A DNA stretch of 64,000 nucleotides from an uncultured delta proteobacterium. Its GTDB lineage: Bacteria; Desulfobacterota; Binatia; UBA9968. Positions 18,914 to 43,971 of this stretch are shown here, piece by piece (within the stretch, counting starts at the first letter, position 1; each line of letters starts with the position of its first letter). The notes under the pieces were generated by a model that did no database searches, was not told where the DNA came from, and was given only the letters and a program-made list of their open reading frames with translations. The DNA is taken from contig CAVWLW010000050.1 in NCBI GenBank assembly GCA_963755715.1, positions 32,001-96,000 of the forward strand. Direction: 5' to 3'. The translations under genes were made by a program, and so were the position numbers.

Positions 18914-21900
18914 ATGATCTGCCCGCAGTGCCAATCTGAAAACTCTGCTATTGTCGCCTTTTGCGACCAGTGTGGAACACAGCTGGAAGCACCCTGCCCA
19001 CGGTGCGGCGAGCCAAATCGGCAAGGAGCCAAATTCTGCAGACGCTGCGGTCAAGCAATCGGTGAAACACCCGTCAGGTCTTCTCCCCTCAACGTCGGGA
19101 CACCGGCACCCGATACCTATGTCCCAAAACACCTCGCTGAAAAGATACTGGCTTCTCGCCACAAGCTGGAAGGAGAACGGAAACAGGTGACCGTTCTCTT
19201 TGCAGACATAAGAGGATCGACAACTTTAGTGGAGGGGCTCGATCCTGAAGAGGCTCAGAAGCTAATCGACCCGGTTCTGCAGATCATGATGGACGCAGTC
19301 CACAAATACGAAGGGACTGTGAATCAGGTCGCAGGCGATGGCATCATGGCGCTGTTCGGTGCACCCTTAGCGCACGAAGACCACGCGTTGCGTGCCTGCT
19401 ATGCGGCACTGGCCATGCAGGAAGAGATGCGGCGCTACCGTCAGACGCTCGGCCAATCGGAAGAATCGGGATTGCAGATCGGGGTTGGAATGAACTCCGG
19501 GGAAGTCGTCCTCCGCTCCATAGATATCGATATCAATATCGAATACACGGCTATAGGCCACACGACGCATCTGGCAGCTCGGCTGCAGGAGCTCGCAGGT
19601 CGCGGGATGATATTGATGACGGCCTCTACCTTGCGCCAAGTCGAAGGCTTTGTTCAAGTTGAATCCCTCGGTCCCGTGCAAGCCAAGGGTATTTCGCAGC
19701 CGTGCGAGGCTTATTCGCTCATTGGTACAACCTCCGCCCGCACCCGCTTCCAAGCTGGGGCGGGTCGTGGGTTGACACCGCTGGTCGGACGCAACGCGGA
19801 AATCGATATTTTCAACAAACTAGTCGAGCAAACCGCGGCGCGGCACGGCCAAATATTGGCGATGGTTGGCGAGCCCGGTATGGGAAAATCGCGTTTGGTC
19901 CACGAATTTACGCGACACCAGCTGCCCGCCGGGTGGCTCGTCTTGGAAGGCGCATCGGTGTCTTACGGCAAGGCTACCCCATATTTTCCATTGATCGAAA
20001 TGTTGCGCCGCTATTTTCAAATCACCGATGGGAATGGACAGCGAGGAAATTCAAGAGCGAGTGGTGATCATATTTTGGAATTGAGCGACATGCTCAAAGA
20101 TGCCATTCCGCCAATCCTTTCATTACTCGGAGCACTCCCGGAAGAAAACCATTCGCCGCCCTCCGGCGAGCCGGATTGGCTATCAAAACATCAAGATGTA
20201 GTCGAGATGGTCAAACGATTCGGCGCGATGGATCCACAACAGCGGCGGCGCCGTATCTTTGATGCGGTAAAGCGGGTACTTATCCGTGAGAGTCAGCGGC
20301 AGCCGTTGCTCATCGTTTTTGAGGACCTGCATTGGATCGATAGCGAAACGCAGGCATTTCTCGATGGCTTCGTAGAAAGTCTGCCCTTGTCGCGGATTCT
20401 TCTCCTGGTGGATTACCGCCCCGAGTACAGTCACGGCTGGAGCGATCGTTCATTCTATAGCCATCTTCACGTGGATCCCTTAAATCCCAGTAGCGCGGAA
20501 GAACTCTTGCAACACCTTTTGGGACGCAACAAGGACCTCCTGCCACTAAGGCAGCTATTGGCGGAACGTACCGTAGGAAATCCTTTTTTTGCAGAAGAGA
20601 GCGTGCGTTCTCTCGTCGAAGAAGGAGTTCTGCTGGGCGAGAAGGGGGCCTACCGGCCGAGCCTGAAAATTGATGAGATTCGTATCCCGAGCACCGTGCA
20701 AAACGTCGTGGCGGATCGTATCGACCGATTGCCTATTGCAGGAAAAACACCTGCTGCAAACCGCCGCCGTCATTGGCGTAATTGTTCCCTTACCACTGCT
20801 TCGTGCTGTTGCCGGGTTGACTGAAGATGAGCTGCAGGGTCAGCTTGCTCACCTCCAGGCCGCCGAATTTCTCTATGAATCAAACCTTTTCCCCCAGTTG
20901 GAGTACACGTTCAAGCATGCTCTTACCAATGAAGTGGCCTACGGGGCTTTGCTCCACGAGCACAAGACTTCTTTGCACGCAAAAATCGTGAGCGCGCTCG
21001 AAAAGAGCGTAACCGACAATTTGCGCGATCATATTGAAACGCTTGCTCATCATGCCTTTCATAGCGAGGCCTGGGACAAAGCCGTTTTTTACCTCAAGGA
21101 AGCTGGCGCGAAGGCTGTATCGCGATCGTCATTTCGCAATGCGCTGCTTTGGTACGAACAAGCATTAAAGGCATTACGGTGTCTCCCGATAGGGCTCGAT
21201 ACGCTCAGAGATGCAGTCGATCTTCGCGTCATCATACGCAATGCTCTATTCGTTCTCGGTGATTTTCAGCAAGGAATCAGATATTTGGAAGAAGCTAAGG
21301 AAGCGGCCATCGCACTTAATGATCAAGCGCGATTGGGGACAATATTTAATTTGATGACTGCCCATTGGAATCTTGCCGGGAATTCGGAACGGGCGATCGT
21401 GTCCGCCAAAGAAGCCCTGGACCATACACGGGCGCCGGAGAATATTGATCTTCATATCGTCGCCCACTATTTTCTTGGCGTAGCGCACCATAATTTGGGT
21501 CAATACGAGTGCGCCGTTGAGGTGCTTGGACTAGCACTCCCGCTGATCGGGAATCGGAAATTTGAGTTGTTTGGCACGACCGGAAGCGTCTATGTGATCT
21601 GCAGAGTGTGGCTGGCCCGTGCGCTCGCTCAATTAGGGAGGTTTACTGAAGCCGCCCCTTATGCAGATGACGCAATTCGCGCTGCCGAGGAGAGTAGTCA
21701 CCCTTATAGCATTGCCTATGCGTATTATGGGGCGGGGATACTTTTCCTGATTAAGGGAGATTTTGACCGGTCGATCGCGATGCTCGAACGCGGCTTAGCA
21801 GTGTGTGACGCAGCAGAGATTCCGGCGCAGCGCCCCCTCGTTGCTTCGTGCCTAGGTGCTGCCTATGCCTTTGTGGGACGACTAGACGAGGCCCACCGGC

Positions 21901-22358
21901 TGCTTGAGAGCGCCGTGGAGCACACTGCGTCCATGAGAAGACTTGCTGGTCAGGCTATACGCGTGGCCTGGTTAAGCGGTGCGTACATGCTCGCGGGTCG
22001 AACTGATGAAGCAGAGGCACTGACCAGGCGCGGTCTGGAACTGGCGGCTGAAAGTAAAGACAGAGGAAGTCAAGCATGGTTACTGGCAATCCTCGCAGAC
22101 CTTTCATCGCGGCGCAGTCCTTTGAACGTGGAGCAAGTTAAAGCGGACTACGGTATAGCTTTGGCATTGGCGCGAGAAATAAAAATGCGTCCTTTGCAAG
22201 CACACTGTCACCTGGGCATCGGCAATCTTTACGCTCAGGTGGAGAAGGATGCGGAGGCCCGCGACGAACTACTTGGAGCTGTAGATCTCTACAAAGCGAT
22301 GTCGATGCCATATTGGCTATCAAAGGCTGAGGCTGCGTTGGCCAAACTCGTTGAATAA
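18914..22358 (+). CDS. Double zinc ribbon - class III adenylate/guanylate cyclase - AAA ATPase - TPR protein (frameshift near 20740)
   Basis: CPQC/CDQC/CPRC/CRRC, VLFADIRGST, GDGIMALFGAP, GEPGMGKS, FEDLHWID, then YTFKHALT and TPR-like helices in ORF 20670..22358. Confidence 0.88.
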
Positions 22359-22363
22359 TTCCT

Positions 22364-36135
<13,772 letters not shown>

Positions 36136-36224
36136 TACGAAAGGGAAAGCAAAGTTACCCATTTTCATCGCACTACAGGGCGGAAGCGGCGTTGGACGAA
36201 AGCTGATTATGGTCTTCAATTAGT

Positions 36225-36617
36225 GTGGAATGGGATAAACTTCTTGACATGAGTTATCCCATGGGACAAGGTTTAGCCTACCACACACAAACATCCGAAT
36301 GGGAGGTTCAAAATGGGAAAGTCCCCAAATTGCCAGATAATGAGATTAGGAAAGTCCGCGAAAGCAATCGAAGATTAATTGAAGAGGCAGAAGGACTTTC
36401 GCATGCGGCGGTGCTAGCCAAGAAAAAGTCATCGAAAAAGCCAAAAAATGAAGATGAAAAACGGAAAACGAACAAAGAGATCTACCGTACGATAATCCAA
36501 CGAAATCCCCTTTTAAAAAAAGCCGTCAAGGAAAATATCGCGAAAAAACGTCTGGCCGTAAAACAGTTGGGAAAGCTGGGGGCTTCTCTATGGTCGTCGA
36601 GTCAAAGGTTGTACTGA
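36225..36617 (+). CDS. Lysine-rich hypothetical protein (low GC)
   Basis: Open frame only; the start is uncertain. Confidence 0.35.
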   Translation: MEWDKLLDMSYPMGQGLAYHTQTSEWEVQNGKVPKLPDNEIRKVRESNRRLIEEAEGLSHAAVLAKKKSSKKPKNEDEKRKTNKEIYRTIIQRNPLLKKAVKENIAKKRLAVKQLGKLGASLWSSSQRLY

Positions 36618-37340
36618 ACAATCGTTATGAATTGACGGTAAGCGCCAGCTTTTCTCACCGGAGTTTTCGTGCGATCTCCTTGCGAACACAATCAAATTTA
36701 TGAGTGTTCATTATTTCCGGATTATCCCGAACGAGTTCATCTCTTTATCAGACTTTTCGGCGGAGGCTCAATGCGTGGGTCACTTAGCTGCCGTCGGGCG
36801 TCCGGACCGGCTCGGTTGAGAGCTTACGTTTGGGGGAGAAGCTGGTAAGTGGCGAATTTCGACATGAACAGAAAAAATTACATTGCCTCCTGATGTTTGT
36901 CTCGACCTTACTTTTGCTCGTTGCACTTTCAACGAAGAACTTTGCTAAGAGATTGTGTTAAGGGGCGGATAAGCTGATCTTTGATCCAAGTCATATGTCA
37001 ATAAATTAACCGGGAGTGTAGATTAAAGCACCGGACGCTTCGCCGTCGATTAACTTGTAAATCCGATCAGTTTTTAATGACAGTCGAGGACGAGTGGTAA
37101 GATCAGAATCACGCAAGATTTGCTGAACAGTATTTGTGTTGAGTGTGGTGTTCAAGTTGTGAATCGCAGATATCTATAAGGAGACAGGTCATGCGGAACA
37201 GGATTCCCAGATGGAGTGCGGCCGAGATGGTCGCTGAAAATCTAGCAAACAACCCACAGACAGCGTAAAGATCGAAGATGTCGCGTCAGACAATCGCAAC
37301 GGTAAGGGGCTGACGTGTAACTTTTCCTTGGATTATCTCT

Positions 37341-38983
37341 TTGATAAAACCGTCCAATCCTAAAAACCCAACCCCTAAAGAATATTATTTATTTCCGGGT
37401 GGGCCTGGGACAATTTCCGAATTGGAAGATGTAGAGGTGAATGCGTTGGAATTATTGGAGGCCGATGGTCACAACGTTGCCTATCTCCATGTCCGCGGTA
37501 GCGGGCTCAGTCAAATTCCGCAGCCCAACAAATTTGATAGATTACTCCGTGCCGACTACGTGGTTGAAGACATCGAAAAGCTCAGGGTTAAACTGCTCGG
37601 AAACGATATTCCTTGGGACGCGATTGGGGGGAGAGTCATGGTGCTGTGATCGCTCAACGCTATGCATACAAATACGGGACAGCGGGCGTAAAAAAACTGG
37701 TGTTGGTTGCGCCCCCGTCAAGATCGCTGGAATCTCACAGTCACCGTAGAAGTTTAATGATTTCGAACTTGGAAGCGATCATAAGAAACCATACTGGCCG
37801 TGCGCCGCAAAACGGATTGACTAAGCCGCCGAATCACAATGAAACTGATTCAACTAACGACCTCATCTTTGTCACCGATCAACACATTGAAGACATCAAA
37901 AGCAAACTTAACCAAGTACTCAAAGAGTTGGATGGCAGGTACGCTTCAATGAGCTTTGCTATGGAGAATTTTGCGGAGCTTAAAAGCCGAGATCCAAGTT
38001 TTAAGTCTTTTCCATATCCAGAAGAGTTTTTCAAAGCGTTACGAATCCTACAACTCTATGGTCGGCCGGAGAAAAATCTGAAATTTCTGAGGGCGGAACA
38101 GCCGCGCTTCAATGCCGCTCTATTATTGGCTCACTACTTAACCTTGCCACAAAAACAGCTGGAACACGAGGGGTGACCCAGGGCGACGTTAGGAACAACC
38201 CCATCTATCGCAAGGGGCTTAAGTCCGGACCGTCGCGTCGCTTACCAAAAAAGGCTTCAACAAGCGCAGGCTGAACTTTCAAAAGATGGCCCATCAAAAT
38301 CGCGAAGAGACTATTATGTTTTGGGTGTTTATGATGGCATCAGCCGCTGGATTCTTGACGTTATGGACCGTCAAATTGAGAATGACGGGTTTTTTAGGAG
38401 TGAAGACATTCAGCGCTTCGTAAAAGGACCGGTTGCTAAAGAGCTGGCAAAAAAAATAGGCGTGGTCCCCGGGGAACCTATCTATCCTTGGAATGCGGGA
38501 TACTATAAGCATCATGTGCCAACACTCGTTATAAAGGGAGATGCGGATGCTGTTATTGCTGGCGGTCAAGCTGAGAATTTTTTTAACGACGGATTAGCAA
38601 ATAAACTTGATAGCATCTTGATGGAGTTTCCTGGCATGGGACACCTCTGGAGGGAGCATGCCGATGGCTTCGTTTGCGGAGAACAAAAGCCAGGATTCGA
38701 AGTTCTTCAGATCTTGGTAAGAGAATTTTTGGCAAAACCCTTGGCTTCGACTTTTCTCCACGATCCTGACGTCAAAGCCTTAATTAATTCTATTGGTATA
38801 TCGGTTCTGCAGGAATCTAGAGAAGGTAAACTCGCAGGCATTAAAAGTGAGCAACCAATCTTCTTGGAAAAAAACGAAAAAAGAGCTGTGGGATATGATC
38901 ATGAGATTGCGACATCGGACCATTGCTCCGGGCTCCAGAGAAAAATAGAAAATTGTATGCGAAAGCGCACAGAAGTCAAATAA
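37341..38983 (+). CDS. Alpha/beta hydrolase (proline iminopeptidase/TAP-like), frameshifted, low GC
   Basis: PGGPG, VRGSG, GESHG (GxSxG), PTLVIKGDAD and FPGMGH spread over ORFs 37341, 37613 and 38321. Confidence 0.72.
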
Positions 38984-39501
38984 CTGGGGAACCAACCAAA
39001 ACTCGGGGGGCGATAGCTAATTACTGATTTTCGCATCATTTCAACTTTCTTAATCGGCTAGCGACTTGGGCCTGACAAGCCTGAGCCGCTTTTGTTTGAT
39101 GCCGCCGACTTTTCCATGTCTCTCCTCGATCACGATGTTGGTTTTTTGGCTCAGTCTAGACCCAGAACCGGCGCCTCGAATTTGGAAGTCGCTGTATGGA
39201 TCTGACCCTGCTCCTTGTTTCTGCGTTCTCCGAACCAATCAGGCACTTGGCGCTCTTCTAGGGATTCACGCCGCCTTGCATCGTCAAGATCACTGACAAC
39301 CAAATTGACAAGACGACAACCAAGTTCCTGCGTTCGGTAACCTCTGGTACCAATAAACCTCGATCATCATCGCATTGCAGAACGATGGGCATACCAATTC
39401 ATTTCGCCATCTCGTAGCGGCATCGCTAAAATCATGCTGAAGCACGGGCTTAGCAACGTAATGCTATCCGTTTCGCGTGGCGTGCGTAACAGATTCATAC
39501 T

Positions 39502-39517
39502 TGGCACAACACCTGCT
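39502..39517 (+). promoter_or_regulatory. Sigma54 -24/-12 promoter
   Basis: TGGCAC-aacac-CTGCT, about 50 bp before AAGGAGG + ATG 39569. Confidence 0.6.
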
Positions 39518-39568
39518 CTCAGCAGTAGTCAGAGTGAAGAAAACTAAACGAGAAAGGAGGCGAGAAAA

Positions 39569-39884
39569 ATGAAAAAGATCGTATCACTCGTATCCAACCT
39601 GCTGCTGTCGTCCACACTGTTCTGGGGTGTGCCGCTGGCGTATGGGGAGGAATTAAACTCCGGACGAAATCTCAACGGCCCCTGCTGACACTCCGAGCTA
39701 CTGCCACATGAAATCTCCGGCCATGCGTGAAGATAGTCTATCCTGGACGCATCCAGTTTTTGATGATGGCGCGGTCAATGCCGTTGATTTCTATGGACCA
39801 TGTGACCATGATCCACTCGGAATTGACGCAGTTAAGACGGAGCAGCGTATACTCCTTCGCGGATTCTACGGAGATGGCGAATAA
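39569..39884 (+). CDS. Small secreted two-cysteine protein (one frameshift; absent from the ORF track)
   Basis: MKKIVSLVSNLLLSSTLFWGVPLAYGEE signal peptide, then ..SYCHMKSPAMREDSLSWTHPVFDDGAVNAVDFYGPCDHDPLG..GDGE*. Confidence 0.7.
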
Positions 39885-39907
39885 ACGACAACTCGAATCA
39901 CACAAGG

Positions 39908-39938
39908 CATTAGGGGAGGGAGCTTTCCTCCCCTAATG
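39908..39938. terminator. Hairpin between convergent genes
   Basis: cattaggggagg-gagcttt-cctcccctaatg, a perfect 12-bp stem. Confidence 0.7.
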
Positions 39939-39939
39939 A

Positions 39940-40440
39940 CAGTTGCGGCGACCGTTTCGTACTGAAGAACTTGCCAACGTTCCTATCAGTAATTGCCAGC
40001 TTTTGATCTTTTTCAGCCACCCTTGCCGGCTAAGGCTTAGAGCCTGAGCCGCTTTTGCTTTATTGCCGCTGGTTCTGGCCAGTGCTTCTTCAATCATGCG
40101 ATGCTCAATGGCTTCGATGACTTCGTTTTGATGGTCTTCCCTTTGTGAAGAACTGTGCTTTCTGGACTGATTGCTTTAGCTCCTTCACAGCAAGATCCAG
40201 GTGCTCTTCGGCGATCGTTTTTCCCCTTACGGATGCCACCAGTCGTTTGATCTCGTTCTCCAACTGCCGAGCATTACCGGGCCACGAGTAACTGCTCAAG
40301 CGTTCCATCACTGCGGGCTTAAACTGTTTCAGTTCGGTCTTCAGTAGAGCGCAATGCCTGGTGAGGAAATGGGTGGTCATCAGAGGAATATCTTCGGCGA
40401 TTTCCCGTAGCGGCGCCGTCTGAATGCGAACGACTTTACA
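39940..40440 (-). pseudogene. C-terminal remnant of a sigma54-dependent (NtrC/Fis-type) activator
   Basis: PLREIAEDIPL, YSWPGNARQLENEI, then IEEALARTSGNKAKAAQALSLSRQG; no Walker A or GAFTGA region. Confidence 0.75.
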
Positions 40441-40582
40441 GCGGTGAATTCGACGGTCGCGCCGTCGATATCTTTGAGAGTTGCTTTGGGAATTGGTCTC
40501 CAACAGTTGGTTTTGCCATCGTCGTTTCTTCCAATATTTGGAACGGGTTTCAACCCGCGCCTGCGCGCGACGCCTCGCCGAG

Positions 40583-41131
40583 TTAATCTCTGATTTCGTA
40601 TTCCCAATCATTGAGAATCAACTTTCCCGACACCGGCATACGTTTACGCATCGAGTTAACCGTATGGCAGCCTTTATCTGCCGCTTGGGCGACTTTGATC
40701 ACGTTCTCAAGCGGCGACTGACTCTTGATCTTGAAGATGTAACTGATCCCCTGCGCCGCGTCGGAGAAATTTTTGATCGGAAACTTGCCGGTCAAGTCGT
40801 AGGTCATGCGCAGATCCATTTCCAGATCGTCGATCGGAACCTCGGCTTTCGCGGCAAAACGCCTCAGTTGGCTGAACATGCAAAAGCCGATGGAGGCGAT
40901 GAAATATTGCAACGGCGAGGGACGCTTGCCGACTTGTTTCTGGAAGTTCTCGTCGTCGCAGTAAACCGCGTGATCGTCCGGTTGTTCGATCTTGACCAGG
41001 GCTTCGTTCAAGCGAATGATGGCGCGCTGCTGCAGGAGATAACCATCCGATTCACCGGAACCATGCTCCTGCTCTTCTTCGTAGACGACCCGAAACTTTC
41101 CGAGATCGATGGTTCCCGGAATCGTTGGCAT
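40583..41131 (-). CDS. OsmC-family protein
   Basis: PSPLQYFIASIGFCM and DKGCH two-Cys OsmC pattern; ATG 2 nt after the XDH stop. Confidence 0.8.
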   Translation of the reverse strand: MPTIPGTIDLGKFRVVYEEEQEHGSGESDGYLLQQRAIIRLNEALVKIEQPDDHAVYCDDENFQKQVGKRPSPLQYFIASIGFCMFSQLRRFAAKAEVPIDDLEMDLRMTYDLTGKFPIKNFSDAAQGISYIFKIKSQSPLENVIKVAQAADKGCHTVNSMRKRMPVSGKLILNDWEYEIRD

Positions 41132-41133
41132 GT

Positions 41134-43359
41134 TTACTTTGCGCCGTGCAGTGCCTGATAAATCTTTTCCGCCGTGATCGGTAAACTCTTAATTCTCACG
41201 CCGCACGCATCGTCCACTGCGTTGGCAATGGCCGCCGCTGTTGGGATATTGCCGGTTTCGCCGATCGGCATGCTGTCGTAAGGCCCGGCTCCGTGCGGCG
41301 CTTCGGTCACCGAGCCTTTGAATACCGGAACATCCTTGATCGTCGGGATCTTGTACTCGCCGAAGTGAGTCGTCGCCACTTTACCGTCGTTGATGATCAC
41401 TTCTTCCATCAGCGTGTAGCCGATGCCCGTCATGCTGGCGCCTTCGATCTGTCCCTGATGCATCAGCGGATTGAGCACTGTCCCGGTGTTATGCGTCGAA
41501 GTGAATTTTTTGAGCTCGACCTGTCCGGTTTGCGGGTCGACTTGCACTTCCGCCACCTGGACGCACATGGACGCTGCGTGAATCTTGGAATTATCGTTAA
41601 AAGTCGCATCGACGGCGATCGGTGCTCCCTTGGCTTTGACTATTTCGCCATAGGTCAAGCGTCGTTCCATGCGCGGATGCAGCGCCGCTCCTTTTGCGAG
41701 GGTAATTTGATCCGGCGCCGTTCCCATTTGCTCCGCCGCCGCTTGCTTGATCGCCTCGACCGCCTTCAGCGCTGCCTTATAACCGGCGTTGCCATAGACC
41801 CGCGTTGCCCGGCTGCCGCCCACGCCGGTATCTTTGATACCTGTCTGCGTATCCAGTTGCTGAATCCTGATCTGACTGAGTGGGATCTTGAGCTCTTCCG
41901 CGACGATTTCGCTGAGGATCGTGTAAGTGCCCGCGCCTTGATCTGCCATCGCGGAGGAAATCGTCGCAACGCCGTTCTCGTCCAGCGAGATCGCCACCGT
42001 TCCTATGCCCCCGGCAGGCGTCCATTGCACCAAGGCGACGCCGCGTCCGACATTTTTCGGCTTGGGTTTTTGATAGCCCGAATCATCCAGCGCCTTTTTG
42101 AGCGTCTCGTCGGTTTTAATATAGCTGTACTCCTCGCCCGTCGGATCGATATCGCCGTCGTGCATGAAGTTTTTCTGACGCAGCTTGATCGGGTCCATGC
42201 TCAATTTTTTCGCGATCAAATCCAACTGGCTCTCATTGGCAAAAAATCCCTGCGGATCGCCGGGCGAGCGCATATGGCCGCAGGGAATTTTGTTGGTGTA
42301 AACCATATGTTCTTCGAGAAACACGTGCGGGATCTTGTAAGGTCCGGCCGACAGATGGGGGCCATTGAGGAAGGCGTTGGGCTTAAAAGCTCCGTAGGCG
42401 CCGCTGTCGAAGATGAAATTCATGTGATGCGCAACCAAGGTGCCGTCCTTCTTCACGCCGGTTTTTACTTGAATGATCGACGCATGGCGTGGATTGCCGG
42501 CGGTGAATTCTTCCTCGTAATCCATGACTAACTTTACCGGACGGCCGGCTTTCTTGGAGAGAAGATAAACCACGGCGAGATCCATAAAATCGCCTTTGCC
42601 GCCGAAGTCGCCGCCGATGTAAACGGGATTGAAGTTGAGTTTTTCCTGCGGCAGCTTGAGCGCATTGGCGACTTGCTCGCGCACGCCATAAGGGACCTTG
42701 CTGCACGACCAGAACTCCGCCGAGCCGTCCGCAGCGGTGCTGACGACGCAGGAATGCGGTTCGATGTAACTCTGATGAACCACCGGCGTGGTAAACGTGT
42801 TTTCGACGATGACGTCCGCCTGGCGAAAGCCGGTTTCGAGATCGCCCTTGCCCCAGGTGACGTAGACAAAATCATTGGTGGGCTCCTTCAAGGGTTTGGG
42901 CAGGCCCTTGTAGCTCGTGACATCTGGATGAAGCAATTTCGCGCCGGGTTTGAGGGCTTCGACCGGATCGAGCAACGGCTCGGTTTCTTCGTATTCGACT
43001 TCGATTAGAGTCAACGCCTCTTCGGCGATAAGCTCGTCGTCCGCCGCCACTGCGGCTACTTTTTCACCGATGAACCGCACTTCGCCGTCGGCGAGGATCG
43101 GCATGTCGTAAAGCCGCCGGCCTATTTTCAAACCGGCACAGTCTTGACCGGTGACGACCGCGTGCACGCCCGGCAGCGCTTCCGCCTGACTGGTATTGAT
43201 GCTTTTGATCTTCCCTGAGGCGATCGGGCTTCGCAGCAGTTTGCCCCACAACATTCCCGGCACGGTAATATCGACCGCGTATTTCGCCTCGCCGCTGACT
43301 TTTAGCTCGCCTTCGACTCTTGGCGTTGGATTGCCTACGACCTGTTTCGACGATGCCAT
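41134..43359 (-). CDS. Xanthine dehydrogenase family molybdopterin-binding (large) subunit
   Basis: KVSGEAKY, VRFIGEKVAAVAA, YIGGDFGGKG, GHMRSPG, GGSR, NPLMHQGQIEG, AIANAV..LPIT. Confidence 0.92.
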   Translation of the reverse strand: MASSKQVVGNPTPRVEGELKVSGEAKYAVDITVPGMLWGKLLRSPIASGKIKSINTSQAEALPGVHAVVTGQDCAGLKIGRRLYDMPILADGEVRFIGEKVAAVAADDELIAEEALTLIEVEYEETEPLLDPVEALKPGAKLLHPDVTSYKGLPKPLKEPTNDFVYVTWGKGDLETGFRQADVIVENTFTTPVVHQSYIEPHSCVVSTAADGSAEFWSCSKVPYGVREQVANALKLPQEKLNFNPVYIGGDFGGKGDFMDLAVVYLLSKKAGRPVKLVMDYEEEFTAGNPRHASIIQVKTGVKKDGTLVAHHMNFIFDSGAYGAFKPNAFLNGPHLSAGPYKIPHVFLEEHMVYTNKIPCGHMRSPGDPQGFFANESQLDLIAKKLSMDPIKLRQKNFMHDGDIDPTGEEYSYIKTDETLKKALDDSGYQKPKPKNVGRGVALVQWTPAGGIGTVAISLDENGVATISSAMADQGAGTYTILSEIVAEELKIPLSQIRIQQLDTQTGIKDTGVGGSRATRVYGNAGYKAALKAVEAIKQAAAEQMGTAPDQITLAKGAALHPRMERRLTYGEIVKAKGAPIAVDATFNDNSKIHAASMCVQVAEVQVDPQTGQVELKKFTSTHNTGTVLNPLMHQGQIEGASMTGIGYTLMEEVIINDGKVATTHFGEYKIPTIKDVPVFKGSVTEAPHGAGPYDSMPIGETGNIPTAAAIANAVDDACGVRIKSLPITAEKIYQALHGAK

Positions 43360-43971
43360 GGGAAGACCTCCTGGTGTTTGAATATGGGCTTGGTGAACTT
43401 CGCTTCGATAACCGATCGTCCAAAGATCGCTTGACGCGGAGCGAAAAGCTGGCTCTGCTTCCTGGAAGCGTATCGAACGCTACTACTAACACCCTCGCCT
43501 GAAATGCGGATCATATTGGATACCGTGGGTAACTTCAAGTAACACGCGAGAAAACCTATTCGAAAATAGATTGGCAGTCGAGATGCTTTACCACCAACCG
43601 TTCCCGCTTGCCAAACACTGTTCCCGTCAATTCCCAGATTCCCGATCCAAGTTCATACTCGTACGAATCTTCGCTGGATTGGAGAAAGTTTTTTCGCTCA
43701 AAAGTTTTCTAAGGCGTCGAGGGGTTGGGATCGAATCGAAGCCGGTTCTCGCGAGCTAAAAACGCGGCGACCGGCTTCGTGACGACTGTGGCTCAGGTCT
43801 CGAAATTAATCGTGAACGATGGCTCTCCGGCAAGCGGAGACACGGTGCGTATCAGACCACGAATACAAAAGATCACTGGAACGTGTAGTTTAGCTTACAA
43901 AAAGGTTATCGACATTTTCTGCCATTAAAACTTGCTTTCTGTCTCGCGCACAATCCTCTGCAAATGGTCAG

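Noticed and set aside
41134-43359. Aerobic CO dehydrogenase CoxL (given coxG at 14571)
   Set aside because: The loop is GHMRSPG, not AYxCSFR or AYxGAGR; there is no coxM/coxS and coxG is 26 kb away.
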